Source of the DNA: Gammaproteobacteria bacterium
GTDB lineage: Bacteria; Pseudomonadota; Gammaproteobacteria; Enterobacterales; Kangiellaceae
Length of the DNA stretch: 53,696 nucleotides
Assembly: GCA_030432465.1 (NCBI GenBank)
Contig: JAUIHB010000001.1
Location: forward strand, 1-53,696
Reading direction: 5' to 3'
Part shown: positions 19,327-29,250 of the stretch, piece after piece
How positions within the stretch are numbered: the first letter of the stretch is position 1
Layout: every line of letters starts with the position of its first letter
The notes under the pieces: model-generated
Databases searched by the model: none
Told to the model about the DNA's origin: nothing
What the model saw: only the letters and a program-made list of their open reading frames with translations
Program-made: the position numbers and the translations under genes

Positions 19327-19524
19327 ATACTACTCCTTTTTGAAATCTGGTACGGTAATTTTTATCACTTTAACAAATGTTTTATTAAACGTTGTTTTTA
19401 ATAAAAATAGCACACCGCAAAAGAGAAAACAGACAAAATCAATTATCATCACATCGGGAGATTTTAAAGAATCTAGTAGTATAAATAAAATTTTTTACAA
19501 GCATTTAAGGAATAAGATGGAGAG

Positions 19525-20142
19525 TTAAATTAAGAATTGTTTTAATAGAAGAATTCCATTTTCAGACAAAACAGACTCAGGGTGGAACTGCACTCCTTCT
19601 ACAGCAAACTCTTTATGCTTTATTCCCATAATGTATTCAACTTCACCTGGAGCACTTTCTGTCCATGCAGTTAATTGTAAACTATCTGGCAGACTATTTT
19701 TATCAATCACTAAGGAATGATAACGCGTTGCTGTAAATGCTTGAGGTAATCCCGCAAAAACACCGGTATTGTTATGATAAATAGATGAAGTTTTTCCATG
19801 CATAACTCGCTTGGCATTAATCACGTTACCACCAAAATATTGCCCGATAGCCTGATGCCCCAGACAAACCCCCAAAATGGGTAAGCTTCGATGAAACTCC
19901 TGAATAATATCTAATGAAATCCCTGCTTTATTTGGATTACATGGTCCTGGAGAAATAACAATATGTGAAGGAGCTAAAGCCTCAACCTCATTCAGTTGTA
20001 ACTGGTCATTTCGCTTCACGACAACCTGTGCGTCTAACTGCTGCAAATAATGAACTAGGTTATAGGTGAAAGAATCGTAATTATCGACCATTAATATACG
20101 TGGCGTTGAAGTATCACCCGAAAAGATATTTGGCTTTTCCAA
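19525..20142 (-). CDS. Aminodeoxychorismate/anthranilate synthase component II (class I glutamine amidotransferase, PabA/TrpG)
   Basis: DNYDSFTYNL, ISPGPC, GVCLGHQ, RYHSL, GVQFHPES. pabA versus trpG cannot be decided here. Confidence 0.93.
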   Translation of the reverse strand: MEKPNIFSGDTSTPRILMVDNYDSFTYNLVHYLQQLDAQVVVKRNDQLQLNEVEALAPSHIVISPGPCNPNKAGISLDIIQEFHRSLPILGVCLGHQAIGQYFGGNVINAKRVMHGKTSSIYHNNTGVFAGLPQAFTATRYHSLVIDKNSLPDSLQLTAWTESAPGEVEYIMGIKHKEFAVEGVQFHPESVLSENGILLLKQFLI

Positions 20143-20156
20143 CAGATTGTTCCGAA

Positions 20157-20834
20157 CTAATTGCCTGTTGTCTGACAGATCTGTTCACGCATCTGAGTAA
20201 TCGTTTGCGCATAATCTTTTGCATTAAAAATTGCTGAACCAGCAACAAATGCATCAGCACCAGCCGAGGCGATTTCGCCAATATTATCTACTTTGACACC
20301 ACCATCGACTTCTAATCGGATATCACAACCACTTTGATCAATTAATGCCCTCACTTGCTTAAGCTTATTCAGTGTCTGCGGAATAAAGGATTGGCCACCA
20401 AACCCAGGATTGACTGACATTAGTAATATAACATCTAATTTATCCATCACATGCTCTAAACATTGAATTGGAGTTGCAGGGTTAAGTACCAAGCCCGCTT
20501 GACAACCATGCTCTCTGATTAACTGTAAGCTACGATCAATATGCTCACTTGCTTCTGGATGGAACGTAATGATACTTGCCCCGGCTTCAGCAAAGTCGGG
20601 AATAATACGATCAACAGGTTTAACCATAAGATGTACATCTATTGGAGCTTGTATGCCATGATCACGCAAGGCTTTACAGACCATTGGACCTATCGTTAAA
20701 TTAGGCACGTAATGATTATCCATGACATCAAAATGAACCCAGTCAGCACCAGCCGAGATAACATTTTCAACTTCTTCACCTAGACGTGCAAAATCAGCAG
20801 ATAAAATAGACGGAGCAATAATAGGAGATTTCAT
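20157..20834 (-). CDS. rpe: Ribulose-phosphate 3-epimerase
   Basis: [39 protein letters not shown]. Confidence 0.97.
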   Translation of the reverse strand: MKSPIIAPSILSADFARLGEEVENVISAGADWVHFDVMDNHYVPNLTIGPMVCKALRDHGIQAPIDVHLMVKPVDRIIPDFAEAGASIITFHPEASEHIDRSLQLIREHGCQAGLVLNPATPIQCLEHVMDKLDVILLMSVNPGFGGQSFIPQTLNKLKQVRALIDQSGCDIRLEVDGGVKVDNIGEIASAGADAFVAGSAIFNAKDYAQTITQMREQICQTTGN

Positions 20835-21019
20835 GAGTACTTCTCATTAAAGGTTATTGATAATCTTTGAGGCGCCTATTCTATAAGAATGCGCTCAACC
20901 TTGCATGATTTTTTAGGTTATAGTGATAGAACAATTAGCATAATATGCAGCAACTTCGGATAAATCATGTAAACTAGCGGCAAACGCCAATTAACAAAAA
21001 CGGCTATCAAGTACACACA

Positions 21020-21793
21020 ATGACATTATCAGGCTCAAAATTTAAACACTTACCACACAGTAATAATTCGCCACTTGTAGGCCAACGCGTATTGCGATGC
21101 TTATTTTGGGTCGCCTTTTATTTCACAACCAGTGCTCAAGTTTTTTCAGCTGTCCTTGTTAAACAAAAAATGTGGCCTAAAAATAGCACCTTGAATGTTG
21201 TCTTTATTGATGGAAATATTGAACAAAAACAAAAAGTTAGACAAATAGCTCCGTTATGGTTAAATAACTCAAGTCTCAAGTTTCAATTTTTCGATAATTT
21301 TGCTACCGCCCCCAAACAAACTCATATTCGTGTCAGCTTTTCTTCATATACAGGCTCAACGCTAGGCAATCATGGTGATCTGTCATCCCAAACCCCGACA
21401 TTACTATTGGCCGAACTCAACCAGACAGATTTGCCTGAAATATATGCTAACCGCTTAATTTTACACGAATTCGGCCATGCTCTTGGTTTGGAACATGAAT
21501 ACCGTAATCCTGACTGGCCATTCGGACAGGCTCCGATTAATCAGCAAATAGAACACTGCCTACCACGCTTAGAGAGCTTAGGGTATGCAACGATGGAAGC
21601 AAAACATAAGTGCCAAGAAATTAATGCACCTTTAAATGAGAATAATATTTATAAAACAATTTATGATGAATTTTCAATTATGAACTACCCTCAAACCTTT
21701 ACATTAGCAGACCAAAGCCAAAAGCATATCCTTGCGGTAAGCAAGCTTTCTATTTTAGACAAACTCGCCATCGAAAGATGGTATGGAAAATAA
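21020..21793 (+). CDS. Secreted metzincin zinc metallopeptidase (astacin/matrixin-like)
   Basis: HEFGHALGLEH zinc motif, SIMNY Met-turn, hydrophobic signal-like N-terminal segment; exact start uncertain. Confidence 0.85.
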   Translation: MTLSGSKFKHLPHSNNSPLVGQRVLRCLFWVAFYFTTSAQVFSAVLVKQKMWPKNSTLNVVFIDGNIEQKQKVRQIAPLWLNNSSLKFQFFDNFATAPKQTHIRVSFSSYTGSTLGNHGDLSSQTPTLLLAELNQTDLPEIYANRLILHEFGHALGLEHEYRNPDWPFGQAPINQQIEHCLPRLESLGYATMEAKHKCQEINAPLNENNIYKTIYDEFSIMNYPQTFTLADQSQKHILAVSKLSILDKLAIERWYGK

Positions 21794-21942
21794 CACTTTA
21801 CCGCTCATAATCACGAAAACTATTAGTTCATTCAGCGTTAAATAATGCTAATTGAAAGCTTTTCAGCATTTAATTCAATTAATTTGAAACATTTTTAGTC
21901 TTCATCCATCTTTAAAATAGGATCAAATTAAGAGGAATAATA

Positions 21943-22464
21943 ATGTTGTTGAGAGTATACGAGCAATTAAATCCAGTTTGGGCAAAACTTACTACGTCTT
22001 TAGAGTCTGCTGGCAGCTGGGTAGGACTTTTGTTACTGAGGCTGTTACTTGCTTGGGAATTTTATGAAGCAGGAATCATTAAATTAAACAGTAAAAACTG
22101 GTTTGCCAGCGTAAAAGAAAACTTCCCTTTTCCTTTCAACTTGGTTTCAACAGATATCAGCTGGTTTTTAGCCACATGGTTTGAAATTCTGGGCGGAATA
22201 GGTTTAGCCATAGGCCTTTTTACCCGATTCTGGTCCTTCAGCTTGATCATTCTGACGATTGTTGCCATCCTCGGCGTCCATTGGCCTGCAGAGTGGAGCT
22301 CATTCTCAGAACTTTGGAAAGGCTATGCGATAACGGACAATGGCTATGGAAACTATAAGCTTCCGCTATTATTTATTTGTATGCTTATTCCTTTGCTATT
22401 ATCAGGGGCAGGTAAATTATCAATAGACTATTGGATTAACCGTTTTTTCCAAAAAGCTTCTTAA
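21943..22464 (+). CDS. DoxX family membrane protein (HvfX-like)
   Basis: RLLLAWEFYEAG, FPFPFN, ATWFE, GLFTR, GYAITDNGYGNYKLPL, GAGKLSID; GAGG RBS. Confidence 0.85.
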   Translation: MLLRVYEQLNPVWAKLTTSLESAGSWVGLLLLRLLLAWEFYEAGIIKLNSKNWFASVKENFPFPFNLVSTDISWFLATWFEILGGIGLAIGLFTRFWSFSLIILTIVAILGVHWPAEWSSFSELWKGYAITDNGYGNYKLPLLFICMLIPLLLSGAGKLSIDYWINRFFQKAS

Positions 22465-22645
22465 ATGATATTTCATTTTTATCTTCCATAAAAATTTGGT
22501 TTTTTCCAAAACGGACAACTCTTAAGTTTTGGGAAAAATCTCCCTTACTTTCGCTGTATAGTGTGCTGGAAACTGACCTATTTGTTACTCTGGATTAAAA
22601 GAGACTAATCTATTTCTAAATTTGCCAAATTAGCTGATTAATCAG

Positions 22646-22674
22646 TAGACCTCAGGCCTTTATCGCGTTAGGAT
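22646..22674 (+). promoter_or_regulatory. Candidate sigma70 promoter for sucAB
   Basis: TAGACC-N17-TAGGAT followed by GC-rich CCGCC; perfect palindrome CTGATTAATCAG immediately upstream (22634-22645). Confidence 0.45.
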
Positions 22675-23027
22675 CCGCCACAAATAGCGATTGTTCACAA
22701 AATAAAAACTAACAAGATTTAAAACAGTCACAAATGAAAAATGGACCAGTAGTTTTAAGTCAATACACATCATGACTTAAGCAAAAACTAATTATAGATA
22801 ACATGAGTTTTGATTAAATCGTTAACCGATAGCCTTATTGATAGATAGAAATACCAACAACCACTAATGTTCCTGATTTTACCGCCAAAATGACGTATTT
22901 AACCAAAAACTTCCTTATTTTAAGGTGTTTTAGCAAATGCTATCTACACTATAATTTAATCTACTCATTTTTCAGATCAATATTCAATTTAAACTAGTAA
23001 TAGCAATCATTAATTCAGAGAAATAAA

Positions 23028-25847
23028 ATGCAAGAAAAGTACATTGAACGTATGCTAAACACCAGTCACCTGTCTGGCGGCAGCGTTTCTTATGTTGAAG
23101 AACTTTATGAACAATATCTCGAGAATAAAGATTCAGTACCTGAAGAATGGCAGAGCTACTTTTCTAAGATGCTCCAAGAAGGAGATCGCCCGTCCAGTGA
23201 TGTTTCTCATGCCCGTATAAAACAACAGTTTTTTGAAATATCTAAAAATAAGCAAGTTCGCGGTACCGTTTCTCTGGAGCATGAAACTAAGCAGGTTGCG
23301 GTATTAGAACTTATTGAGTCTTTTCGAGTAAGAGGCCACCAAGCTGCACAACTGGATCCATTAGGTTTAATGGAACGCGCGAAGGTAGATGATCTGGATC
23401 TGGCATATCACGGCTTATCAGAAATGGATTTAAGCACAAAATTCCAAACCCAGACGCTATATTTTGGACAAGAACAATTAACTCTAAAAGAAATTGTTGA
23501 AGGTTTAACAAAAACATATTGCTCATCAGTTGGTGCTGAATTTATGCACATTGTGAACAGTGAAGAAAAAAAATGGTTTCAGGAAAAATTAGAAGAAGTT
23601 CAATCACACCCTCAATTTGCCCCCAAAATTAAACGTCACTTATTGGGCCGTTTAACTGCTGCAGAGGGTTTGGAAAAGTATTTAGGCGCTAAATACCCAG
23701 GAACCAAACGTTTTGGTTTAGAAGGCGGTGAGAGCTTAATTCCGATTGTTGATGAACTGATACAACGTAGTGGAACCTATGAAGCCAAAGAAATTGTTAT
23801 TGGGATGGCTCACCGTGGCCGCTTAAATTTGCTCATTAATACTTTAGGAAAAAAACCTTCTGAATTAATTGATGAATTTGAAGGCAAGGCAGAATATGCC
23901 ATGGGTAGTGGTGATGTAAAATACCACCAAGGCTTTTCATCTAATGTAATGACCCCCGGCGGTGAAATACACTTAGCATTAGCATTTAATCCGAGTCACT
24001 TGGAGATAGTATCGCCAGTTGTACAAGGCTCTGTCAGAGCACGCCAAGATAAACGCCGTGATGATTCAGGTGATACAGTATTACCAATCAGCATACATGG
24101 TGACGCTGCTTTTTCTGGACAAGGCGTGGTAATGGAGACATTTCAAATGTCACAAACTCGTGCCTATAAAACGGGTGGTACCGTACACATTATCATAAAT
24201 AACCAAGTTGGCTTCACCACCAGCCGAAAAGAAGATGCTCGTTCAACCGAATACTGCACCGATGTTGCAAAAGTTGTTGAGTCTCCCATATTACACGTTA
24301 ACGCAGACGACCCTGAAGCTGTGCTTTTTGTCAGTCAACTTGCGATTGACTATCGTTATAAATTTAAAAAAGATATTGTTATCGACTTAGTTTGCTACCG
24401 CCGCCGTGGACACAACGAAGCGGATGAACCATCGGGGACCCAACCCTTGATGTATAGCATTATAAAAAAATTACCAAGCGTTCTCTCTCAGTACAGTAAG
24501 CAGTTGGTTGAAGCTCAAACGGTTTCCAGTGATGAAGTTACCCAAATGGCTGACGAGTACCGCAACAAACTTGATAAAGGTCAGGTAGTCGTCGAAACTT
24601 TAGTTGAAAACCCTAACAAAGAGTTATTTTTCGATTGGACAGCTTATTTAGGCCATGATTGGAAAACCAAAGGTGACACCAGCTATGATGCAAAGGAGTT
24701 AGTTGAAATAGCTGAAGAGTTTTGTCACATACCAAGCGACTTTACTTTGCAACGTCAAGTTAAAAAAGTCATTGATGATCGCCTACTAATGGCTAAAGGC
24801 GAACAACCTATTAACTGGGGTTTTGCTGAAACATTGGCATACGCCACTATTTTAAAACAAGGACACTCTGTCAGGATTACAGGCCAAGATGTTGGGCGTG
24901 GTACTTTCTCCCATCGTCATGCTGCTTTGCATGATCAAAAAACCGGTGAAATTTATATTCCCCTACAACATTTAAACAATGTTGATAGACGTTTTACTAT
25001 CTATGATTCTTTTTTATCTGAATTAGCAGTACTCGGTTTTGAGTATGGATATGCAACAACTAATCCAAACACGATGGTCATTTGGGAAGCTCAATTCGGT
25101 GACTTTTCCAATGGTGCGCAAATGATCATCGACCAATTTATTACCAGTGGAGAGCATAAATGGGGTCGTCTATGTGGCCTGACCATGCTACTCCCTCATG
25201 GCTATGAAGGCCAAGGACCTGAGCACTCATCAGCACGTTTGGAAAGGTTCTTACAAATGTGTGCAGAAGAAAATATTCAGGTTTGTGTTCCGACAACGCC
25301 AGCCCAGATATTCCATTTATTGCGGCGTCAAACTATTCGTCCATTACGTAGACCTTTAGTTGTTATGTCACCAAAAAGTTTACTCAGACATAGACAAGCA
25401 GTTTCAACCATGAGCGAATTGGCAGAAGGCAATTTCCAAAACGTTATTGGAGAAACAGAAAAGCATGATCCGAAAAAGGTCACTCGTTTAATATTATGTA
25501 GCGGACGAGTTTACTACGACTTATTGGAAAAAAGAGAAGAACAAGGTGCGCCACATATCGCAATTGTACGCATTGAGCAACTCTATCCATTTCCTGAAGT
25601 CGAACTATCAGAAATTATTGCACCGTATAAAAATTTAGAGAAAGTCGTATGGTGCCAGGAAGAACCAAAAAATCAAGGGGCTTGGTACAGTACGCATCAT
25701 CATTTAAAAGAAGTTGTCACGAACCATAATGCAAAACTGAATGTTGAGTTTGCTGGTCGAGACGCATCGGCAGCACCTGCTGCAGGTTACATGGCACTTC
25801 ATTTAATGCAGCTTAAGAAATTTATTGATCAAGCAATTAACGAATAA
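23028..25847 (+). CDS. sucA: 2-oxoglutarate dehydrogenase E1
   Basis: RFGLEGGES, GMAHRGRLN, HGDAAFSGQG, WEAQFGDF, LLPHGYEGQGPEHSSAR. Confidence 0.98.
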   Translation: MQEKYIERMLNTSHLSGGSVSYVEELYEQYLENKDSVPEEWQSYFSKMLQEGDRPSSDVSHARIKQQFFEISKNKQVRGTVSLEHETKQVAVLELIESFRVRGHQAAQLDPLGLMERAKVDDLDLAYHGLSEMDLSTKFQTQTLYFGQEQLTLKEIVEGLTKTYCSSVGAEFMHIVNSEEKKWFQEKLEEVQSHPQFAPKIKRHLLGRLTAAEGLEKYLGAKYPGTKRFGLEGGESLIPIVDELIQRSGTYEAKEIVIGMAHRGRLNLLINTLGKKPSELIDEFEGKAEYAMGSGDVKYHQGFSSNVMTPGGEIHLALAFNPSHLEIVSPVVQGSVRARQDKRRDDSGDTVLPISIHGDAAFSGQGVVMETFQMSQTRAYKTGGTVHIIINNQVGFTTSRKEDARSTEYCTDVAKVVESPILHVNADDPEAVLFVSQLAIDYRYKFKKDIVIDLVCYRRRGHNEADEPSGTQPLMYSIIKKLPSVLSQYSKQLVEAQTVSSDEVTQMADEYRNKLDKGQVVVETLVENPNKELFFDWTAYLGHDWKTKGDTSYDAKELVEIAEEFCHIPSDFTLQRQVKKVIDDRLLMAKGEQPINWGFAETLAYATILKQGHSVRITGQDVGRGTFSHRHAALHDQKTGEIYIPLQHLNNVDRRFTIYDSFLSELAVLGFEYGYATTNPNTMVIWEAQFGDFSNGAQMIIDQFITSGEHKWGRLCGLTMLLPHGYEGQGPEHSSARLERFLQMCAEENIQVCVPTTPAQIFHLLRRQTIRPLRRPLVVMSPKSLLRHRQAVSTMSELAEGNFQNVIGETEKHDPKKVTRLILCSGRVYYDLLEKREEQGAPHIAIVRIEQLYPFPEVELSEIIAPYKNLEKVVWCQEEPKNQGAWYSTHHHLKEVVTNHNAKLNVEFAGRDASAAPAAGYMALHLMQLKKFIDQAINE

Positions 25848-25906
25848 TTTTTTAACTTTAACAATTGAATAGCTTTAGCATTTAACAATACCCAAAGGAA
25901 CCAACA

Positions 25907-27139
25907 ATGGCTACCGACATAAAAGCTCCCACGTTTCCGGAATCTATCGCCGATGGCACCGTTGCCACTTGGCATAAAAAGCCAGGAGAGGCATTTTCGC
26001 GAGATGAACTTATCGTTGACATTGAAACCGATAAGGTGGTCATTGAAGTTGTCGCACCTGATGACGGGGTACTTGGCGAAATACTCAAAGACGAAGGTGA
26101 CACCGTTTTAAGTGAAGAAGTCATTGGTCACTTTGAAGCTGGCGCAGCATCAGGCTCAAGTGATAAAGCAGAAAAAAAACCAACCACTAAAGAAAGTTCT
26201 CAAAGTGAAGCGAGTAACAAAGACGATAGTAGTCAAACTGACAGCAATGATGGTGCATTAAGCCCAGCAGTCAGAAAACTCATTCATGAATACGATATTT
26301 CGCCTAACCTGATTAAAGGTAGCGGCAAAAATGGTCGAATTCTTAAAGAAGATGTACTCTCATTCATCGAAAATCGCAGCCAGTCATCATCAGACAGTAA
26401 AAGTGACGTCGTCGTCGTACCAGCCGCAGCCCAAGGTGATCGCTTTGAGCGCAGAGAGCCAATGACGCGCTTAAGAGCAAAAATAGCTAATCGTTTAGTC
26501 GAAGCACAACAAAATATGGCTATGTTAACCACATTTAATGAAGTTAACATGAAGCCAATAATGAATTTGCGCTCGAAATACAAAGAGGAATTCGAAAAGC
26601 GTCATGATGTAAAACTAGGTTTTATGTCCTTTTTTGTTAAAGCGGCCGTTGAGGCACTAAAACGCTTTCCAGCCGTTAATGCATCGATTGATGGCAATGA
26701 TATTATTTATCACAGCTATCAGGATGTTGGGGTTGCCGTATCTTCACCTCGCGGCCTAGTGGTTCCGGTACTGAGAAATGTTGACAATATGAGTCTGGCT
26801 GAAATTGAAGGCGGTATCCGTGACTATGGTGTTAAAGCTCGTGATGGTAAGCTTTCCATTGACGATATGACCGGTGGAACTTTTACCGTTTCAAACGGTG
26901 GTGTATTTGGTTCTTTAATGTCTACACCTATTGTCAATCCACCACAAACTGCCATTCTTGGGATGCACAAAATTCAAGAGCGCCCTATGGCGGTTAATGG
27001 TGAAGTTGTTATTCTGCCAATGATGTATCTAGCCGTTTCTTATGATCATCGCTTAATCGATGGCAAAGAAGCTGTGGGTTTCTTAGTCACGATTAAAGAC
27101 TTACTGGAAGAACCAGAAAGACTGTTGCTAGGCCTATAG
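25907..27139 (+). CDS. sucB: Dihydrolipoamide succinyltransferase E2
   Basis: Lipoyl motif IETDKV, E3-binding SPAVRKL, catalytic YDHRLIDG. Confidence 0.98.
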   Translation: MATDIKAPTFPESIADGTVATWHKKPGEAFSRDELIVDIETDKVVIEVVAPDDGVLGEILKDEGDTVLSEEVIGHFEAGAASGSSDKAEKKPTTKESSQSEASNKDDSSQTDSNDGALSPAVRKLIHEYDISPNLIKGSGKNGRILKEDVLSFIENRSQSSSDSKSDVVVVPAAAQGDRFERREPMTRLRAKIANRLVEAQQNMAMLTTFNEVNMKPIMNLRSKYKEEFEKRHDVKLGFMSFFVKAAVEALKRFPAVNASIDGNDIIYHSYQDVGVAVSSPRGLVVPVLRNVDNMSLAEIEGGIRDYGVKARDGKLSIDDMTGGTFTVSNGGVFGSLMSTPIVNPPQTAILGMHKIQERPMAVNGEVVILPMMYLAVSYDHRLIDGKEAVGFLVTIKDLLEEPERLLLGL

Positions 27140-27149
27140 CCCATATTAA

Positions 27150-27195
27150 TAAACAAAAATGCAGCAGTGTAAAAAACTACTGCATTTTTTGTTTA
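27150..27195. terminator. Bidirectional terminator between sucB and maeA
   Basis: TAAACAAAAATGCAG...CTGCATTTTTTGTTTA inverted repeat with A/T tracts on both flanks, between convergent genes. Confidence 0.8.
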
Positions 27196-27224
27196 GTGTT
27201 TGACAGCGAAGCAGTCGATTATTA

Positions 27225-28919
27225 CTAAAATGAAGTACGTCGATAATCTCGGTAAACTGGCAACCAGAAATTTTGTTCTACTGCCTGTTCTAAAACATCC
27301 TGCTCAACCTTAGTTGCCAGGCCTTGTTCCATAGCTTTCAGCCCGACTTGCACAGCAATATATTTACTTACTTTGCGTATTTCAGCCAGATCAGGAAGTA
27401 AATGCTCACTTTCACCTTTAACTAAAGGAGAACAAGCAGCTAAAGCTTCACTAGATACCATAAACATCTCTTCTGTAACTCGGCTGGCTCCACTTGCAAT
27501 CACCCCTAAACCAACACCTGGAAAAATATAGCTGTTATTACACTGCGCAATAGGATAAGACTTACCTGCATATTGCACAGGTGCAAAAGGGCTTCCTGTT
27601 GCAACTATTGCTTGGCCTTCTGTCCAGCGGATTACATCTTCAGGCAGTGCTTCTACTTTAGAGGTTGGGTTCGATAAGGGTAATATAATTGGTCGTTTAC
27701 AACTGATATACATCGCTTCAACCACATCTTGACTGATCAAACCAGCGACGCCTGATACACCAATTAATATCGTAGGTTTTGCATTTTTAACTAAATCGAG
27801 TAGCGACACAGCATTTTCATTACTGCCCCAATTAGCCACCAGACTTTGAGGTTTAGCAAACTTCTCCTGAAAGTCACGTAATGGCATACCTTCAATCAAT
27901 AAACCTTTACTACTGGTTAAATACACTTGCTCAACGGCTTGTTGCTCGGTTAAACCATCCTCAACCATATGCGCCACAATCTGCTCTGCAATACCACAAC
28001 CCGCCGAACCAGCTCCTACAAATACCACACGATGATCTTTTAGTTGAGTTCCCTGAGCATGACATGCTGCCAATAAAGTACCTACAGTAACCGCAGCAGT
28101 ACCTTGAATGTCGTCATTAAAACAACAAATCTGATCTTGATACTTTTTCAATAAAGGCGTTGCATTTGCTTGAGCGAAATCTTCAAACTGGATCAATGCA
28201 TTTGGCCAGCGGCGACGCACTGACTGAATAAAGTTGTCTACAAACTCAAAATACTCATCTCCGCTGATGCGTTTGTTTCTCCACCCCATATAAAGCGGAT
28301 CATCAAGCAGCTCTTGATTGTTAGTACCAACATCAAGTACTACTGGCAAAGTATAAGCAGGACTAATCCCCCCACACGCTGAATAAAGTGCCAGTTTACC
28401 AATAGGGATCCCCATGCCACCAATCCCTTGATCGCCGAGCCCCAATATTCGTTCACTATCTGTGACTACAATTACTTTAACATTTTGTTTGGTGGCATTT
28501 TGTAGCATCTCTTCAATGCGATCACGATCAGGGTACGACACAAACAACCCGCGTTTACGTCGATAAATTTGAGAAAATTTCTGACAAGCCAAACCAACCG
28601 TCGGCGTATAAATGATCGGCAACATTTCTTCTAAGTGATCGGTAATCAGGCGAAAGTAGAGTGTTTCATTAGTATCTTGAATATTACGTAAATAAATATG
28701 TTTATCTAAATCCTCGGCAAACTGAGAAAACTGTCGATAAGCTCTACGCGATTGTTCTTCAATGGTTTCAATATTGGCTGGCAATAACCCTTCTAAATTA
28801 AAAGCCCTCTTTTCTTCAACAGAAAATGCACTTCCTTTGTTAAGCAGTGGGGTCTCTAGCAATACAGGACCAGCGTAGCGAATATAGAGTGGTCGTTTTT
28901 TAGGAATAATTTCCGTCAT
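27225..28919 (-). CDS. maeA: NAD-dependent malic enzyme
   Basis: [56 protein letters not shown]; SfcA-type length. Confidence 0.95.
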   Translation of the reverse strand: MTEIIPKKRPLYIRYAGPVLLETPLLNKGSAFSVEEKRAFNLEGLLPANIETIEEQSRRAYRQFSQFAEDLDKHIYLRNIQDTNETLYFRLITDHLEEMLPIIYTPTVGLACQKFSQIYRRKRGLFVSYPDRDRIEEMLQNATKQNVKVIVVTDSERILGLGDQGIGGMGIPIGKLALYSACGGISPAYTLPVVLDVGTNNQELLDDPLYMGWRNKRISGDEYFEFVDNFIQSVRRRWPNALIQFEDFAQANATPLLKKYQDQICCFNDDIQGTAAVTVGTLLAACHAQGTQLKDHRVVFVGAGSAGCGIAEQIVAHMVEDGLTEQQAVEQVYLTSSKGLLIEGMPLRDFQEKFAKPQSLVANWGSNENAVSLLDLVKNAKPTILIGVSGVAGLISQDVVEAMYISCKRPIILPLSNPTSKVEALPEDVIRWTEGQAIVATGSPFAPVQYAGKSYPIAQCNNSYIFPGVGLGVIASGASRVTEEMFMVSSEALAACSPLVKGESEHLLPDLAEIRKVSKYIAVQVGLKAMEQGLATKVEQDVLEQAVEQNFWLPVYRDYRRTSF

Positions 28920-29250
28920 TGTTTGACTCTTGTCGGTGATGGATTTGATTTGTGTTGTTTACAATTAAATTACTGCAAACACCTGTCAATATTGTGACAA
29001 ATATTTCAGCCTATAAAAATGTATCATTATAATGACGAAAGTCTTATTTACCTAGCGTCAATTTAACGTTTTTTCATGTTGATAATGCAAAATATAAGAA
29101 ACATAATATCAAGGTGCTTTATAACTTGTTTAGACCTATTTTAAAAGACGCATTTGTTTTTTAAACAGAATTAGCGGTTATTTTTCTTTTCAGGAAAAAT
29201 AAATATCCGCTTTTTAGCTTGAGAAAAAAAACAGGTTACCGCACAATATT

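Noticed and set aside
19340-19528. 62-aa ORF between hemerythrin and pabA/trpG
   Set aside because: TTG start, no RBS, opposite to both neighbours; likely spurious.
28920-29250. Looked for rpmE (L31), often divergent from priA
   Set aside because: No MK..IHP-type ORF on either strand; the only ATG AAA on the minus strand stops after four codons.
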